DNA of 63,103 nt, counting the filler, from Acidimicrobiia bacterium (GTDB lineage Bacteria; Actinomycetota; Acidimicrobiia; Spongiisociales; JAHEDJ01): NCBI GenBank assembly GCA_029210695.1. It is 11 parts of 11 records of this genome, joined end to end, with 100 filler letters (N's around TTAATTAATTAA, not from the genome) between each part and the next. Parts side by side here need not be neighbours in the genome. Positions count along the whole stretch, not along the records: positions 14,857 to 21,766 come from JARGFH010000102.1; positions 21,867 to 28,456 come from JARGFH010000103.1; positions 28,557 to 35,138 come from JARGFH010000104.1; 8 more parts are not named here. The stretch is one strand, 5' to 3'. The position numbers and the translations under genes were made by a program. The notes below the pieces were generated by a model that did no database searches, had not been told where the DNA came from, and saw only the letters and a program-made list of their open reading frames with translations. Positions 19,343 through 29,458 of this stretch are shown here, piece after piece; position 1 is the stretch's first letter; every line of letters begins with the position of its first letter.

Positions 19343-20440
19343 GTGAACCCGCTCCGCTCCCCCGATTTCTCTGGCAGGTCGCTGCTCAACCTGGTTGCCG
19401 AGTTGGAACTTCGGATGACGGGCACCGCTCAGGCTCCGGGTCTGGCGCCCGATCTGGCGGCAGCGATTCCTGTCGCAGACACGTACGTGTTGTGCCTCTT
19501 CGACGGTCTCGGTGACAGCATGCTGCGCCGGCGGCCGGCGGCCGGCTTAGCGGCCTCCCGAGTTGCCACGATCGATGCCATGTTCCCGACCCAGACCACC
19601 GTCAATATGGCGACGATTGCGACCGGGCTTCCGCCGTCGAAGCACGGACTCATCGCCTACCAGCTCTACCTACCCGAAATCGCCCTCGTGGTGAACACCT
19701 TGAAGTGGACGACCATGTGGGGCCAACTCGTCGATATCGATACCTCGTCGTTCTTGCCGGCGCCGAACCTCTGGGAACGGCTGGCGGCGGGGGGTGTGGA
19801 GCCGATCACCGTTCAGCCGGGGGGTTTCGAGGGCACACCGCTCACCCGCGCTCTATATCGGGGCTGTCGGTTCGAAGCGGCCTGGACCATCGACGAGATC
19901 GTCGAGGCCACGGTGGACCTCGCCGCCGAGCCGGGCCGGCTCATCTTCACGTACTTCCCCAGCGTGGACGTCGCCGCCCACATGAGCGGCCAGCGGTCGA
20001 GCGTCTTCGCGGAAGTACTGGCGGCCGCCTCGACGATTTGGGAACGCATCGTCGTCAGGCTGCCCGGCCACGCGGCGGCCATCGGAACGGCCGACCACGG
20101 CCACATCGACTACGAGCCCGAAGACAAGGTGCTGATTCGCGAAAACATCGAGCGCGTCACGTTCTACGGGGACCCTCGATCCGCCTACGCCCGGGGATCC
20201 GGGTCTGACATCGCCCGGCTGGAAGCGGACTGCCCGGCGACCTGGGTCCCGTGGGACCAGGTTCTGCCCCTGCTCGGGCCGGGGCCGCACCATCCGGCCA
20301 TCCGTGACCGGGCGCCGGACGGGGTACTGGTGGCGGACCCGGGCAAGGTGCTCCTGCCTCCGACCGCCGACAAACGGATGATCGGCTACCACGGCGGCAC
20401 ACTCGATCAAGAGATGGAAGTGCCGCTCCTGGTCGGGTAA
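19343..20440 (+). CDS. Alkaline phosphatase superfamily (nucleotide pyrophosphatase/phosphodiesterase)
   Basis: FDGLG, FPTQT, D..AH, TADHGH, GYHGG. Confidence 0.85.
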   Translation: MNPLRSPDFSGRSLLNLVAELELRMTGTAQAPGLAPDLAAAIPVADTYVLCLFDGLGDSMLRRRPAAGLAASRVATIDAMFPTQTTVNMATIATGLPPSKHGLIAYQLYLPEIALVVNTLKWTTMWGQLVDIDTSSFLPAPNLWERLAAGGVEPITVQPGGFEGTPLTRALYRGCRFEAAWTIDEIVEATVDLAAEPGRLIFTYFPSVDVAAHMSGQRSSVFAEVLAAASTIWERIVVRLPGHAAAIGTADHGHIDYEPEDKVLIRENIERVTFYGDPRSAYARGSGSDIARLEADCPATWVPWDQVLPLLGPGPHHPAIRDRAPDGVLVADPGKVLLPPTADKRMIGYHGGTLDQEMEVPLLVG

Positions 20441-20542
20441 GGCGTTCTGCGGCGGCGCCTGAGATAGCCATCAGAAAGAGCTCAAATCGACTGCAGGTTC
20501 GAGGAAGCTGCCGAGGGGTTGGCCGGGCACATCGGCACGGTC

Positions 20543-21562
20543 CTAGCTCCTGTGATGGGCGGTTCCGTCGTGGGCGTCGGCATGGCCGTGGGGATCGACA
20601 TGGATGAGTGCAGTGATCGGGAAGCTAAACCGATGATGTAGTGCGTGCTCGACATCGTGGGCGGTGTCGTGCCCCGCTTTGACCGTCACGGTGGCGTCGA
20701 CCGAGATCGCGGCAGCGATGCGGAGCTGATGGCCGTGCCAGCGAACCCGCAGATCTGCTACATCCTCTACGCCGGCCACTGCGCGGATGGTCGCCTCGAC
20801 CTCATCGACGATCTCCGGCTCAATCCCGTCCAGCACTCGACGCGTCATGCGCTTCGCCGATCTAGCCATCAGCCACAGGATGGCACCAGCAACGACGAAA
20901 CCGGCGGCCGGATCGACCCACGCCGCGCCAAAGGCGGCCCCGATCCCAGCGGCAACCACCGCCAGGGAAGTCAACGCGTCGGTTCGGGCATGGCGACCAT
21001 CGGTAATCAATGCCTCAGAGCCGATCGCGGTTCCCACTCTGATGCGATAGCGGGCGACGAGCTCATTTCCCAGCGCCCCGACGAAACCGGCTGTGATGAC
21101 CCACGGGATGTGATCCATGAGACGCGGTTCGATGAAACGTCGGGTCGACTCCCAAATCACGAGGGCCGCCGACGCGGCGATGGCGGCGACGATTACCAGA
21201 CCCGCCGCGTCTTCGGCCCGGTTGAACCCGTAGGTATAGCGGCGAGTGGGGCGACGCCTTCCCAGGGCAAAGGCCATCCATAGCGGAACCGCCGTCAACG
21301 CGTCGGTCAAGTTGTGCAACGTATCTGAAAGCAGCGCCACCGAACCACTGAAGACCACGATCACCGCCTGGAGGCCGGCCGTGATACCTAGGCCAATCAG
21401 CGATACCTTCGTGGCTCGAATCCCGATTGCTCCGGTATCAATGAACCTGCCAGACCCGTGGTCGTGGTCATGACTCAGCAGATGACCGACCCGATGAGCG
21501 ATGCGCCCCAATCGCGAACTGGTCTCAGCTTCTTCATGATCGGCGTGGGCGGAGGTATTCAT
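20543..21562 (-). CDS. Cation diffusion facilitator transporter
   Basis: His-rich N-terminus, SDTLHNLTD, HARTD, IHVDP. Confidence 0.92.
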   Translation of the reverse strand: MNTSAHADHEEAETSSRLGRIAHRVGHLLSHDHDHGSGRFIDTGAIGIRATKVSLIGLGITAGLQAVIVVFSGSVALLSDTLHNLTDALTAVPLWMAFALGRRRPTRRYTYGFNRAEDAAGLVIVAAIAASAALVIWESTRRFIEPRLMDHIPWVITAGFVGALGNELVARYRIRVGTAIGSEALITDGRHARTDALTSLAVVAAGIGAAFGAAWVDPAAGFVVAGAILWLMARSAKRMTRRVLDGIEPEIVDEVEATIRAVAGVEDVADLRVRWHGHQLRIAAAISVDATVTVKAGHDTAHDVEHALHHRFSFPITALIHVDPHGHADAHDGTAHHRS

Positions 21563-21693
21563 GTTCGGCGGAGACGGTAGGACATCGAGGTGCGCCGGAG
21601 AAGTCGCAACCGACTCGCAATATCAAACCTTCGTCCGAACCAACCCGCAACTAGAAGGCATCAGGACCGCCCATGACCGAACACGGGACGAAT

Positions 21694-21766
21694 TGAACCG
21701 CCCTGGGTTTGATGGAGACTCGGTTGTTTGGTTTCCAAGTCATCCGGTAGTGGTCAGTTGAGCGTA
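21694..21766 (-). mobile_element. IS3-family terminus
   Basis: TGAACCGCCCTGGGTTTGATGGAGAC, an IS6110-like IR, at the contig end. Confidence 0.75.
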
Positions 21767-21866
21767 NNNNNNNNNNNNNNNNNNNNNNNNNNNNNNNNNN
21801 NNNNNNNNNNTTAATTAATTAANNNNNNNNNNNNNNNNNNNNNNNNNNNNNNNNNNNNNNNNNNNN

Positions 21867-21920
21867 AAACGAGGACGAGCCGCCCTCAACCAGATCACTG
21901 AATCCGCGACAGACCACTAG
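21867..21920 (+). mobile_element. IS630-family right end
   Basis: Encodes KRGRAALNQITESATDH* ending in CACTAG; same as 28579-28632. Confidence 0.8.
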
Positions 21921-22026
21921 GTTCTAGGTTGTAGGTTCTGAGTTCCCGGCAGATCAGATTCTTCCACGGTAAAACCCAGAACCCATCACCTAGAACCTCT
22001 TGCTCCTACCTGGAACCTCTGGCTCT
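21917..22026. repeat. Heptamer repeat tract (TAGAACC / GGTTCTA) in inverted arrangement
   Basis: CTAGGTTCTAGGTTGTAGGTTCTGAG ... CCAGAACC, CTAGAACC, CTGGAACC. Confidence 0.55.
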
Positions 22027-22602
22027 CTAGGCCGTCTGACTCTCGCTGTTTCCTCGGTTTCTGTTCGCCCATCCGGCCATGTAGAGCAGCGTGAAGATCA
22101 TCGCGAATCCGACGAGCGACATGAACGGAAACGAGATGAAACCGAACTGCCAGATGTAGCGCTCGGTACACGAGGCATCGACCCCGCAAAAGCCTGATTC
22201 GAGGCTCGGATTCAGCTGGAGCACATACTGGTAGGCGGCCAGCGCAGCACCGATTACGACGAGTGGATAGGAATACAACCGGATTCCCAAGTCCCTGCGA
22301 TATGCGGCGATGGCGAGGATGATCGCCAGCGGGTACATCGCGATCCGCTGATACCAGCAGAGATCACATGCGGCGAACTCCGCCACTTCCGAGTAGTAGA
22401 GGCTCCCCACCATGGAAACCGCCGCAATGAACGATCCGAGCCACAAGGCAGTGGGAGCGACCAGGTCGACCGCCGCGTCTCTGAACCGGGCGATGGCGGG
22501 CGACCACCTAGCCGCCACCATGACGACCACGACGCCGACGACCCCGGCCAGCGCAGCGAGCGTCAGCAACGCGAAGAAGATTGAGACCGTTTCAACACTC
22601 AT
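22027..22602 (-). CDS. Disulfide bond formation protein (DsbB/BdbC family)
   Basis: SLYYSE, CDLCWYQR, second Cys pair, 4-5 TM. Confidence 0.9.
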   Translation of the reverse strand: MSVETVSIFFALLTLAALAGVVGVVVVMVAARWSPAIARFRDAAVDLVAPTALWLGSFIAAVSMVGSLYYSEVAEFAACDLCWYQRIAMYPLAIILAIAAYRRDLGIRLYSYPLVVIGAALAAYQYVLQLNPSLESGFCGVDASCTERYIWQFGFISFPFMSLVGFAMIFTLLYMAGWANRNRGNSESQTA

Positions 22603-22671
22603 GAACGGCATTCTTCCACAGCCGGCGCCACGCGACGGCATCGAGCCTCTGCCGGTCAGTTAGCCTGAGAA

Positions 22672-23733
22672 ATGATGCGAGCCGTCGTCAAGACATCATC
22701 CAGCCCCGGACTCGAAATGATCGACGTACCGGTGCCCGCGGTGGGTCCCGATGAGATACTTCTCCAAGTCAAGGCCACCTCGATCTGCGGCACCGACCTC
22801 CACATCCGTAACTGGGATCCATGGGCACAGTCGCACGTCACTCCCCCGCTCGTGGTCGGTCACGAGATGTGCGGTGTGGTCGTCGACAAAGGTCCAAGAG
22901 CCGACGGACCGGAGATAGGGCAACTGGTCTCGGTTGAGTCGCACATCGTGTGCAACCGGTGTGCATTCTGCCGAACCGGCAAGGGCCACCTCTGCGAGAA
23001 CACCAAGATCCTCGGCGTCGGCCGGGACGGCGTCTATGCCGAATACGTCGCGGTCCCTGCCATGAATGCCTGGCCGGATCCGCCCGACATGCCGTATTCG
23101 ATCGCATCCCTGCAGGAGAATTTCGGCAACGCAGTGCACACCGCCTCAGTACCGATCGTCTCGGGCCGCAAAGTCCTCGTCACCGGGTGCGGACCGGTCG
23201 GGGTCATGGCCATCGCGGTGGCGCGAGCGTTAGGGGCACGCCTGATCATCGCCAGCGACGTCAGCCAGTTTCGGCTCGACATGGCCAAGCAGATGGGCGC
23301 CGACATCATCGTCAACCCGATCTCAGACGATGTGGTCGGAACCATCATGGACGTCACTGAGGGAGAAGGAGTCGACGTTCTACTCGAGATGTCCGGCGCA
23401 CCGTCGGCAATCGACCAGGGATTCTCCACCCTCAAGCCCGGTGGGGAGGCGGCGCTCCTGGGCCTGACCTCGGGTGCACTGGACTTCAACCTCGACGACC
23501 ACATCATCTTCAAAGGTGCCAGCGTGTACGGCATCGTTGGACGCAGGCTCTGGGTCGATTGGTACCAAATGCGAGGCCTGCTTCGCTCCGGCGCCGTCGA
23601 CCTCACGCCGGTCGTCACCCACCGCTACGCCCTCGATGACTTCGAGCGAGCATTCGAGACCATGGCCTCAGGAGAGTGCGGGAAGGTCATCATGTTCCCC
23701 GATCCGGCAGATGCCGACGGACCGCTGGAGTGA
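22672..23733 (+). CDS. tdh: L-threonine 3-dehydrogenase
   Basis: ICGTDLHI..WD.W, GHE, four-Cys Zn site, GNAVHT, LEMSG; adjacent to kbl. Confidence 0.93.
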   Translation: MMRAVVKTSSSPGLEMIDVPVPAVGPDEILLQVKATSICGTDLHIRNWDPWAQSHVTPPLVVGHEMCGVVVDKGPRADGPEIGQLVSVESHIVCNRCAFCRTGKGHLCENTKILGVGRDGVYAEYVAVPAMNAWPDPPDMPYSIASLQENFGNAVHTASVPIVSGRKVLVTGCGPVGVMAIAVARALGARLIIASDVSQFRLDMAKQMGADIIVNPISDDVVGTIMDVTEGEGVDVLLEMSGAPSAIDQGFSTLKPGGEAALLGLTSGALDFNLDDHIIFKGASVYGIVGRRLWVDWYQMRGLLRSGAVDLTPVVTHRYALDDFERAFETMASGECGKVIMFPDPADADGPLE

Positions 23734-23735
23734 CG

Positions 23736-24929
23736 ATGGACAAAGTCGAGTACCTGCGCGAACAGTTGGCGGAGTTAGCCACGTCCGGCCTCGAAAACCA
23801 GATCCGCCACGTAGATGGACCCCAAGGGGCCCGGATAACCGTCGACGGGCGCAACGTTCTGAACTTCTGCTCGAACAACTACCTGGGCCTGGCCAATGAC
23901 CCTCGCCTCATCTCAGCCGCCAAGGCTGCTCTCGATCGTTACGGCATCGGCCCCGGAGCGGTTCGGACGATCGCCGGGACGATGACGATCCATGACGAAC
24001 TGGAGCGGAAGTTGGCCGAGTTCAAGGGAGTCGAGTCGGCGATCTCCTTCCAGTCGGGCTTCGTCGCCAACGCCGGTGCCATCCCGGCCCTCGTCGGTGC
24101 CGGCGACATCATCGTCACCGACGAGTTCAATCACGCTTCCATCATCGATGGCGTCCGCCTGGCGAAGGCAGATCGCAAGATCTACTGGCATGCAGACGTT
24201 GATCACCTCGATGCGCAACTCGCCGAGGCGCGCCGCCAGGGGGCCGGGCACATCCTCATCATCACCGATGGAGTCTTCTCGATGGACGGTGACATCGCCC
24301 CTCTCGACGCCATCGTCGAGACTGCCGATCGTTACCAGGCCATGGTCATGGTCGACGACGCGCACGGCGAAGGCGTACTCGGACGTGGAGGGCGTGGGAT
24401 CGTCGATCACTTCGGACTGCACGGCCGCGTGGAAGTCGAAGTCGGCACGATGTCGAAGGCGTTCGGGGTAGTTGGCGGCTACGTCGCCGGACCGGAACCG
24501 GTCGTCAAATGGCTCCGGCAGCGTGCCCGTCCGTTCCTGTTTTCGTCGGCCGCAACCCCGCCGGATGTTGCGGCATGCATCGCCTCCATCGACATCCTCG
24601 GCGATTCGACCGCTCTGGTCGACCGGCTGTGGGCGAACGCCCGGCGATTCCGGCAGGCCATGAACGGCCTCGGGTTCGACACCGGGTCGACCGCCACGCC
24701 GATCACGCCCGTGATGCTAGGCGAAGAAGAAACGGCGCGCGAGTTCTCCAGGCGTCTCTTCGACGACCACGAGGTGTTTGCCCAGGCGATCGCCTATCCG
24801 ACCGTCCCGATGGGCGAGGCCCGGATCCGGGTGATGATCTCGGCCGCCCATAGCCCTGAAGATCTCGACCTCGGCCTGGCGGCGTTCGCGGCCGTCGGCG
24901 GAACGATGGGGGTTATCGACGACAAGTAA
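23736..24929 (+). CDS. kbl: Glycine C-acetyltransferase (2-amino-3-ketobutyrate CoA ligase)
   Basis: NFCSNNYLGL, NHASIIDG, DGVFSMDG, DDAHG, GTMSKA. Confidence 0.9.
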   Translation: MDKVEYLREQLAELATSGLENQIRHVDGPQGARITVDGRNVLNFCSNNYLGLANDPRLISAAKAALDRYGIGPGAVRTIAGTMTIHDELERKLAEFKGVESAISFQSGFVANAGAIPALVGAGDIIVTDEFNHASIIDGVRLAKADRKIYWHADVDHLDAQLAEARRQGAGHILIITDGVFSMDGDIAPLDAIVETADRYQAMVMVDDAHGEGVLGRGGRGIVDHFGLHGRVEVEVGTMSKAFGVVGGYVAGPEPVVKWLRQRARPFLFSSAATPPDVAACIASIDILGDSTALVDRLWANARRFRQAMNGLGFDTGSTATPITPVMLGEEETAREFSRRLFDDHEVFAQAIAYPTVPMGEARIRVMISAAHSPEDLDLGLAAFAAVGGTMGVIDDK

Positions 24930-24981
24930 CGCCACACAGAGGCGGGGAATCAAAGGTTCAGCGACATGAGGAAAGAGGATC

Positions 24982-27288
24982 ATGAGCGACGGCAAGGGTT
25001 TCAGCGAAGCACTCGACTACCACTCCAGGGGCCGGCCCGGGAAGATCGAGATTCGATCCACCAAACCGACGGCAACGCAGGCTGATCTCAGCCTCGCCTA
25101 CACACCCGGCGTTGCAGAGCCGTGCCTGGCGATCCACGCGGATCCCTCCATGGGGTTCGAGTACACCAACAAGGGCAATCTGGTCGCCGTCGTCAGCAAC
25201 GGTTCCGCCGTGCTGGGCCTCGGCAACATCGGTCCCCTGGCCGGCAAGCCGGTCATGGAGGGGAAGGCGGTTCTGTTCAAGCGGTTCGCCGACATCGACG
25301 TCTTCGACCTCGAGATCGCCGCCGATGACCCGGATGACATCATCCGCTTTTGCGAGATGCTCGAGCCGACCGTCGGAGGAATCAACCTCGAAGACATCAA
25401 GGCACCGGAGTGCTTCTACATCGAGCAGACACTCCGTGAACGACTCGACATCCCGGTCTTTCACGACGACCAGCACGGTACCGCGATCATCGCCGGGGCG
25501 GGGTTCCTCAACGCCATTGAGATGACCGGACGCTCCATCGAAGATGCGAAGGTCATCTTCAACGGGGCAGGCGCGGCCGGCATCGCCTGTGCTCGCTTCT
25601 TCGAATCACTCGGAGTTCGCCACGAGAACATCCTCCTCTGCGACTCGCGCGGTGTGATCTACGAGGGTCGCGAAGGAGGCCTTACCAAGGAGAAGCTCGA
25701 GTTCGCGCAGGCCACCGACAAGCGAACGCTGGCAGAGGCCTTCGAAGGAGCAGACTGCTTCGTGGGCGTTTCCGTCGCAGGCGCCGTGACCCAGGACATG
25801 GTGCGATCGATGGCCGATCAGCCGATCATCTTCGCGCTGGCCAACCCGGATCCGGAGATCTCATATGAGGATGCCAGGGAAGCTCGCCCGGATGCCATCG
25901 TTGCAACAGGGCGCAGCGACTACCCGAATCAGGTCAACAACGTACTCGGATTCCCGTTCATCTTCCGTGGTGCGCTCGACGTGCGCGCCAGAGGCGTCTC
26001 GGAGAAGATGAAAGTCGCCGCCGCCCACGCCCTCGCCGACCTCGCCCGCGAGCCGGTCAGTGAAGTCGTGCTCAAGGCGTACAAGCTCGATCATCTCACC
26101 TTCGGGCCGGACTACATCATTCCCAAGCCCTTCGACCCCCGGGTCTTGTGGTATGTCGCGCCGGCCGTCGCCATGACCGCCTGCGAGGAAGGCCTTGCGC
26201 AGTCGCCGTGTGACGACAGGGAGCAATACGCCAACGAGCTACGAGCGAAGTTCCAGTCAACGTACGGACTCATGCACACCATCACCGTCAAGGCCAAGGA
26301 GCGGGCGATGCGGGTGGTCTACCCACAAGGAGCCGACCCTCGCATCATCCGCGCCGCCCGGCGTGTGAGCCACGAAGGAATCGCCGCTCCAATCATCCTG
26401 GGCAACATCGCAGCCATCGAGCACACGGCCGCCGGGCTGGAGATCCCACTCGATGGGATCGAGATGCTCGATCCACTCAAAGCCGACGATCACCGGGCAC
26501 GGTACGCCTCTGCGCTATTCGAAACCCGGCAGCGCAAGGGCATGGCACTTGACGATGCGACGAAGGCAATATTCGAACCGAACCTGTTTGCATCGATGAT
26601 GCTCAAGTTGGACGACGCCGACGCAATGCTCGGCGGATTGACAACGTACTACGCCGATACGATCCGGCCCGCCCTGCAGGTCCTGCCGCTGGAACATGGG
26701 CGCAGCATTGTGAGCGCCCTGTACATCGTCATGATCAAGGGGCGTCCGTATTTCTTCGCCGACTGCGCGGTGAACATTCGCCCGACCGCCGAACAGCTGG
26801 CCGAGATTGCCCTATCGGCGGCCGCCACGGCCCTTCACGACTTCGACGTGTCGCCGAGAGTGGCGATGATCAGCTACTCGAACTTCGGCAGCGCAGGAGG
26901 CGAGGAGCCCGAGCGTGTCCGCGCCGCGGTGCGTATCTGCAACGACAAGGCACCTGACTTGCCCCTCGACGGCGAGATGCATGCCGACACTGCGGTGATG
27001 GCGAATCTGCTGGAGCAGCGACACCCGTTCAACAAGCTCGGAGGAGCCGCCAACGTCCTGGTGTTCCCCGATCTGACTGCGGCCAACGCCGCCTACCAGC
27101 TGCTTCATCACCTGGCGGACGCCCAGGTGATCGGTCCGATCTTGACGGGCATGTCGAAGTCGGTGCACGTTGCCCAACGGGATGCCGAAGTGGGCGACAT
27201 CGTCAACCTGACGGCTATCGCGGTTCTGGATGCCCAGCGCAAGAGCCACAACTCGTCGCTGGCCGCAGAAATCGAACGGAGTTTCTGA
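24982..27288 (+). CDS. maeB: NADP-dependent malic enzyme with PTA-like C-terminal domain
   Basis: AYTPGVA, INLEDIK, HDDQHGT, GAGAAG, NQVNN, DGEMHAD. Confidence 0.95.
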   Translation: MSDGKGFSEALDYHSRGRPGKIEIRSTKPTATQADLSLAYTPGVAEPCLAIHADPSMGFEYTNKGNLVAVVSNGSAVLGLGNIGPLAGKPVMEGKAVLFKRFADIDVFDLEIAADDPDDIIRFCEMLEPTVGGINLEDIKAPECFYIEQTLRERLDIPVFHDDQHGTAIIAGAGFLNAIEMTGRSIEDAKVIFNGAGAAGIACARFFESLGVRHENILLCDSRGVIYEGREGGLTKEKLEFAQATDKRTLAEAFEGADCFVGVSVAGAVTQDMVRSMADQPIIFALANPDPEISYEDAREARPDAIVATGRSDYPNQVNNVLGFPFIFRGALDVRARGVSEKMKVAAAHALADLAREPVSEVVLKAYKLDHLTFGPDYIIPKPFDPRVLWYVAPAVAMTACEEGLAQSPCDDREQYANELRAKFQSTYGLMHTITVKAKERAMRVVYPQGADPRIIRAARRVSHEGIAAPIILGNIAAIEHTAAGLEIPLDGIEMLDPLKADDHRARYASALFETRQRKGMALDDATKAIFEPNLFASMMLKLDDADAMLGGLTTYYADTIRPALQVLPLEHGRSIVSALYIVMIKGRPYFFADCAVNIRPTAEQLAEIALSAAATALHDFDVSPRVAMISYSNFGSAGGEEPERVRAAVRICNDKAPDLPLDGEMHADTAVMANLLEQRHPFNKLGGAANVLVFPDLTAANAAYQLLHHLADAQVIGPILTGMSKSVHVAQRDAEVGDIVNLTAIAVLDAQRKSHNSSLAAEIERSF

Positions 27289-27326
27289 GCGTCCCTCCGC
27301 GCATCGCCCGGGTGGTCCGGCGCCCG

Positions 27327-27360
27327 CGTTGAGACCCCCACCTCGGTGGGGGTCTCAACG
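27327..27360. terminator. Perfect hairpin between convergent maeB and tRNA-Glu
   Basis: CGTTGAGACCCCCACC-TC-GGTGGGGGTCTCAACG. Confidence 0.7.
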
Positions 27361-27436
27361 TGGCAGCCCCGACGGGATTCGAACCCGCGTTACCGGCTTG
27401 AAAGGCCAGCGTCCTAGACCGCTGGACGACAGGGCC
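27361..27436 (-). tRNA. tRNA-Glu (TTC)
   Basis: GGCCCTG acceptor, CT-TTC-AA loop, GGTTCGAATCC, encoded CCA. Confidence 0.95.
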
Positions 27437-27554
27437 GGGTGTATGCGGCTAGATCTTAGGCGAAGCGAGGACACTCGAGAACGTGCCGGTCGCAACAGGC
27501 GAGGGGCAGGTGCTCGGACAACACGAGCCGGCCGGCCCGGCTAGGTTGACAGAG

Positions 27555-28325
27555 ATGGATTGGTCGACCTATCTGATGCATCTCGAATCCGACGGCCGAC
27601 TCCTCGAGGCAGCCGCTCATTCGGGCCTCGATGCAAATGTTCCCTGCTGCCCGGGTTGGTTGGTTCGAGATGTCGTCGAACACACCGGGATCGTTCATCG
27701 CCACAAGACGAGCATCGTGCGTGGCCGCCTTCTCGAGAATCCCGATCCTGTGGATGCGCCGACTTCGGACGTCGATTCCTGGTACCGGAGCGGGTTAGAC
27801 GAACTCCTCGAGACGTTGCGCGCGGCAAACCCGACCGAGCACGTGTTCACCTGGTATCCACCCGACCAGTCCGTCGGGTTCTGGTACCGGAGAATGGCCC
27901 ACGAAACGCTGATCCACCGGGTAGATGCCGAGCAAGGGCTCGGGGCCGTCTCACCGATTGACGCCGAACTGGCTGCGGACGGAATCGACGAAGTGCTCAC
28001 CGTCTACGTCGGCGGGTATCCGCCCTGGGGCGCTTTCGATCCAAGCGCAGACGTCGCCAGGATCGAATGTGTTGACCGACCGGAGGCGTGGAACGTTCGG
28101 TTCGGCCGGTTCAGCGGCACCTCCCCCGTCACCGGAACCTCCTACGATCTCGATTCGTTCATCACAATCGCCGCCGAGCTGGCCCCAACTGCCGTGATCA
28201 GGGGTTCTGCCGCCGACCTCGATCTCTGGCTGTGGGGGCGCGGCCCGCTCGACCGTGCCGGCCTGTCGGGAGATGACTCTCTGGCCGTCCGGCTGCGCTC
28301 TATCTGCAAAGAAGGCATGGGCTGA
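27555..28325 (+). CDS. Mycothiol-dependent maleylpyruvate isomerase family protein
   Basis: VPCCPGW.VRD..H, RRMAHETLIHRVD, LAADGIDE, LWLWGR. Confidence 0.88.
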   Translation: MDWSTYLMHLESDGRLLEAAAHSGLDANVPCCPGWLVRDVVEHTGIVHRHKTSIVRGRLLENPDPVDAPTSDVDSWYRSGLDELLETLRAANPTEHVFTWYPPDQSVGFWYRRMAHETLIHRVDAEQGLGAVSPIDAELAADGIDEVLTVYVGGYPPWGAFDPSADVARIECVDRPEAWNVRFGRFSGTSPVTGTSYDLDSFITIAAELAPTAVIRGSAADLDLWLWGRGPLDRAGLSGDDSLAVRLRSICKEGMG

Positions 28326-28389
28326 GAAAGCCGTGCGGGTTCGTAAACCGCACCTCGGCCTGCACCGCCAGAGTCCCCGCAGAACCTAG

Positions 28390-28456
28390 TGGTCTGTCTG
28401 CTATTTGATGACCGGGGTAGGCAGTGCCACGAACCCTGCCACAGCGGGGATCGTCC
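28390..28456 (+). mobile_element. IS630 left end or MITE copy (truncated by contig end)
   Basis: CTAG-TGGTCTGTCTGCTATTTGATGAC...; reverse complement of the MITE arm. Confidence 0.8.
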
Positions 28457-28556
28457 NNNNNNNNNNNNNNNNNNNNNNNNNNNNNNNNNNNNNNNNNNNN
28501 TTAATTAATTAANNNNNNNNNNNNNNNNNNNNNNNNNNNNNNNNNNNNNNNNNNNN

Positions 28557-28632
28557 CGAAGAAATCATTGCCAAAGTCAAACGAGGACGAGCCGCCCTCA
28601 ACCAGATCACTGAATCCGCGACAGACCACTAG
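28557..28632 (+). mobile_element. IS630-family right end
   Basis: Encodes EEIIAKVKRGRAALNQITESATDH*; CACTAG end. Confidence 0.8.
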
Positions 28633-28690
28633 AGCTAGAACCTACAACCCAGAACCTCTTGCTCGCGACCCGCGACTCGCGACTAGCTAC
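28633..28690. repeat. Heptamer repeat tract (TAGAACC then GCGACTC-like)
   Basis: CTAGAACCTACAACCCAGAACC...GCGACCCGCGACTCGCGACTAG. Confidence 0.5.
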
Positions 28691-28699
28691 CCTCCTTCC

Positions 28700-29458
28700 A
28701 TGCCTTTGACCGACATCGCCCGGCAACTCTTGACCGAATTCACTTCCGTTTACCGGCCGACCATGGAAGAACGTCTGGCGGCCGGGGGCTTGGCCCTGAC
28801 GGACGGAGTCGAACAGGCGCTCGCGCAGGGCGAAGGATGGTTGCGCGATACGTTGACGGAACTCCTCGAACTCCCGTTCTCGCAGCAGACCCGCAGCCCA
28901 CTCGAAGTCTTTCAGGAAGCAGCCCGTTTCCCGACGGCGGCCCTCAGCGCGGCAGGAGTACCGCCCCTGATCCGGGATCGAGTGGCCGTCGCGGCTCTTC
29001 CGGGTGACATCTACGGCCTGGCTCCTGCCTCATCCCAGGAGCTGACCTCCGATGCCTGGAGAGCCCACCTGGCCTGGGGCGCGGCGAAGGCACAAGCGAT
29101 GGCACAACAGGTGCGGCGACCCCTGGCGGGGGTCTACACCCGCAACCTGATGGATCGGTCCAAGATCGAAACGGCCCTTCATGGGGCCGGGTTCGACGTG
29201 TTCCTCCTTCGCAATGTCGAACTCGTCGGGAAGGCGATGACGGGAAAGAAACCGCCGGTGGCGTTCGTTGACCTCGAGAGCCCAGATGTCGATGAGGTGG
29301 TCCGGATTCTCGCCGGCGCGGGCGTTCGGGTGATTGTCTACGGGCCGCACGTGGACGACCTTGGTCTGCAGCGGGCGATGAGCCTCGGTGCCGCCGATGC
29401 CGTGCCGCGTTCCCGGTTTTTTGGTCGAATCGCCGACCACCTACCCCGGGTCGTGTGA
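28700..29458 (+). CDS. Hypothetical protein with C-terminal receiver-like domain
   Basis: N-terminal SPLEVF..WGAAKA helical region; C-terminal NLMDRSK..FVDL..YGPHVD..GA..PRSRF; TACCCT leaderless start. Confidence 0.7.
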   Translation: MPLTDIARQLLTEFTSVYRPTMEERLAAGGLALTDGVEQALAQGEGWLRDTLTELLELPFSQQTRSPLEVFQEAARFPTAALSAAGVPPLIRDRVAVAALPGDIYGLAPASSQELTSDAWRAHLAWGAAKAQAMAQQVRRPLAGVYTRNLMDRSKIETALHGAGFDVFLLRNVELVGKAMTGKKPPVAFVDLESPDVDEVVRILAGAGVRVIVYGPHVDDLGLQRAMSLGAADAVPRSRFFGRIADHLPRVV

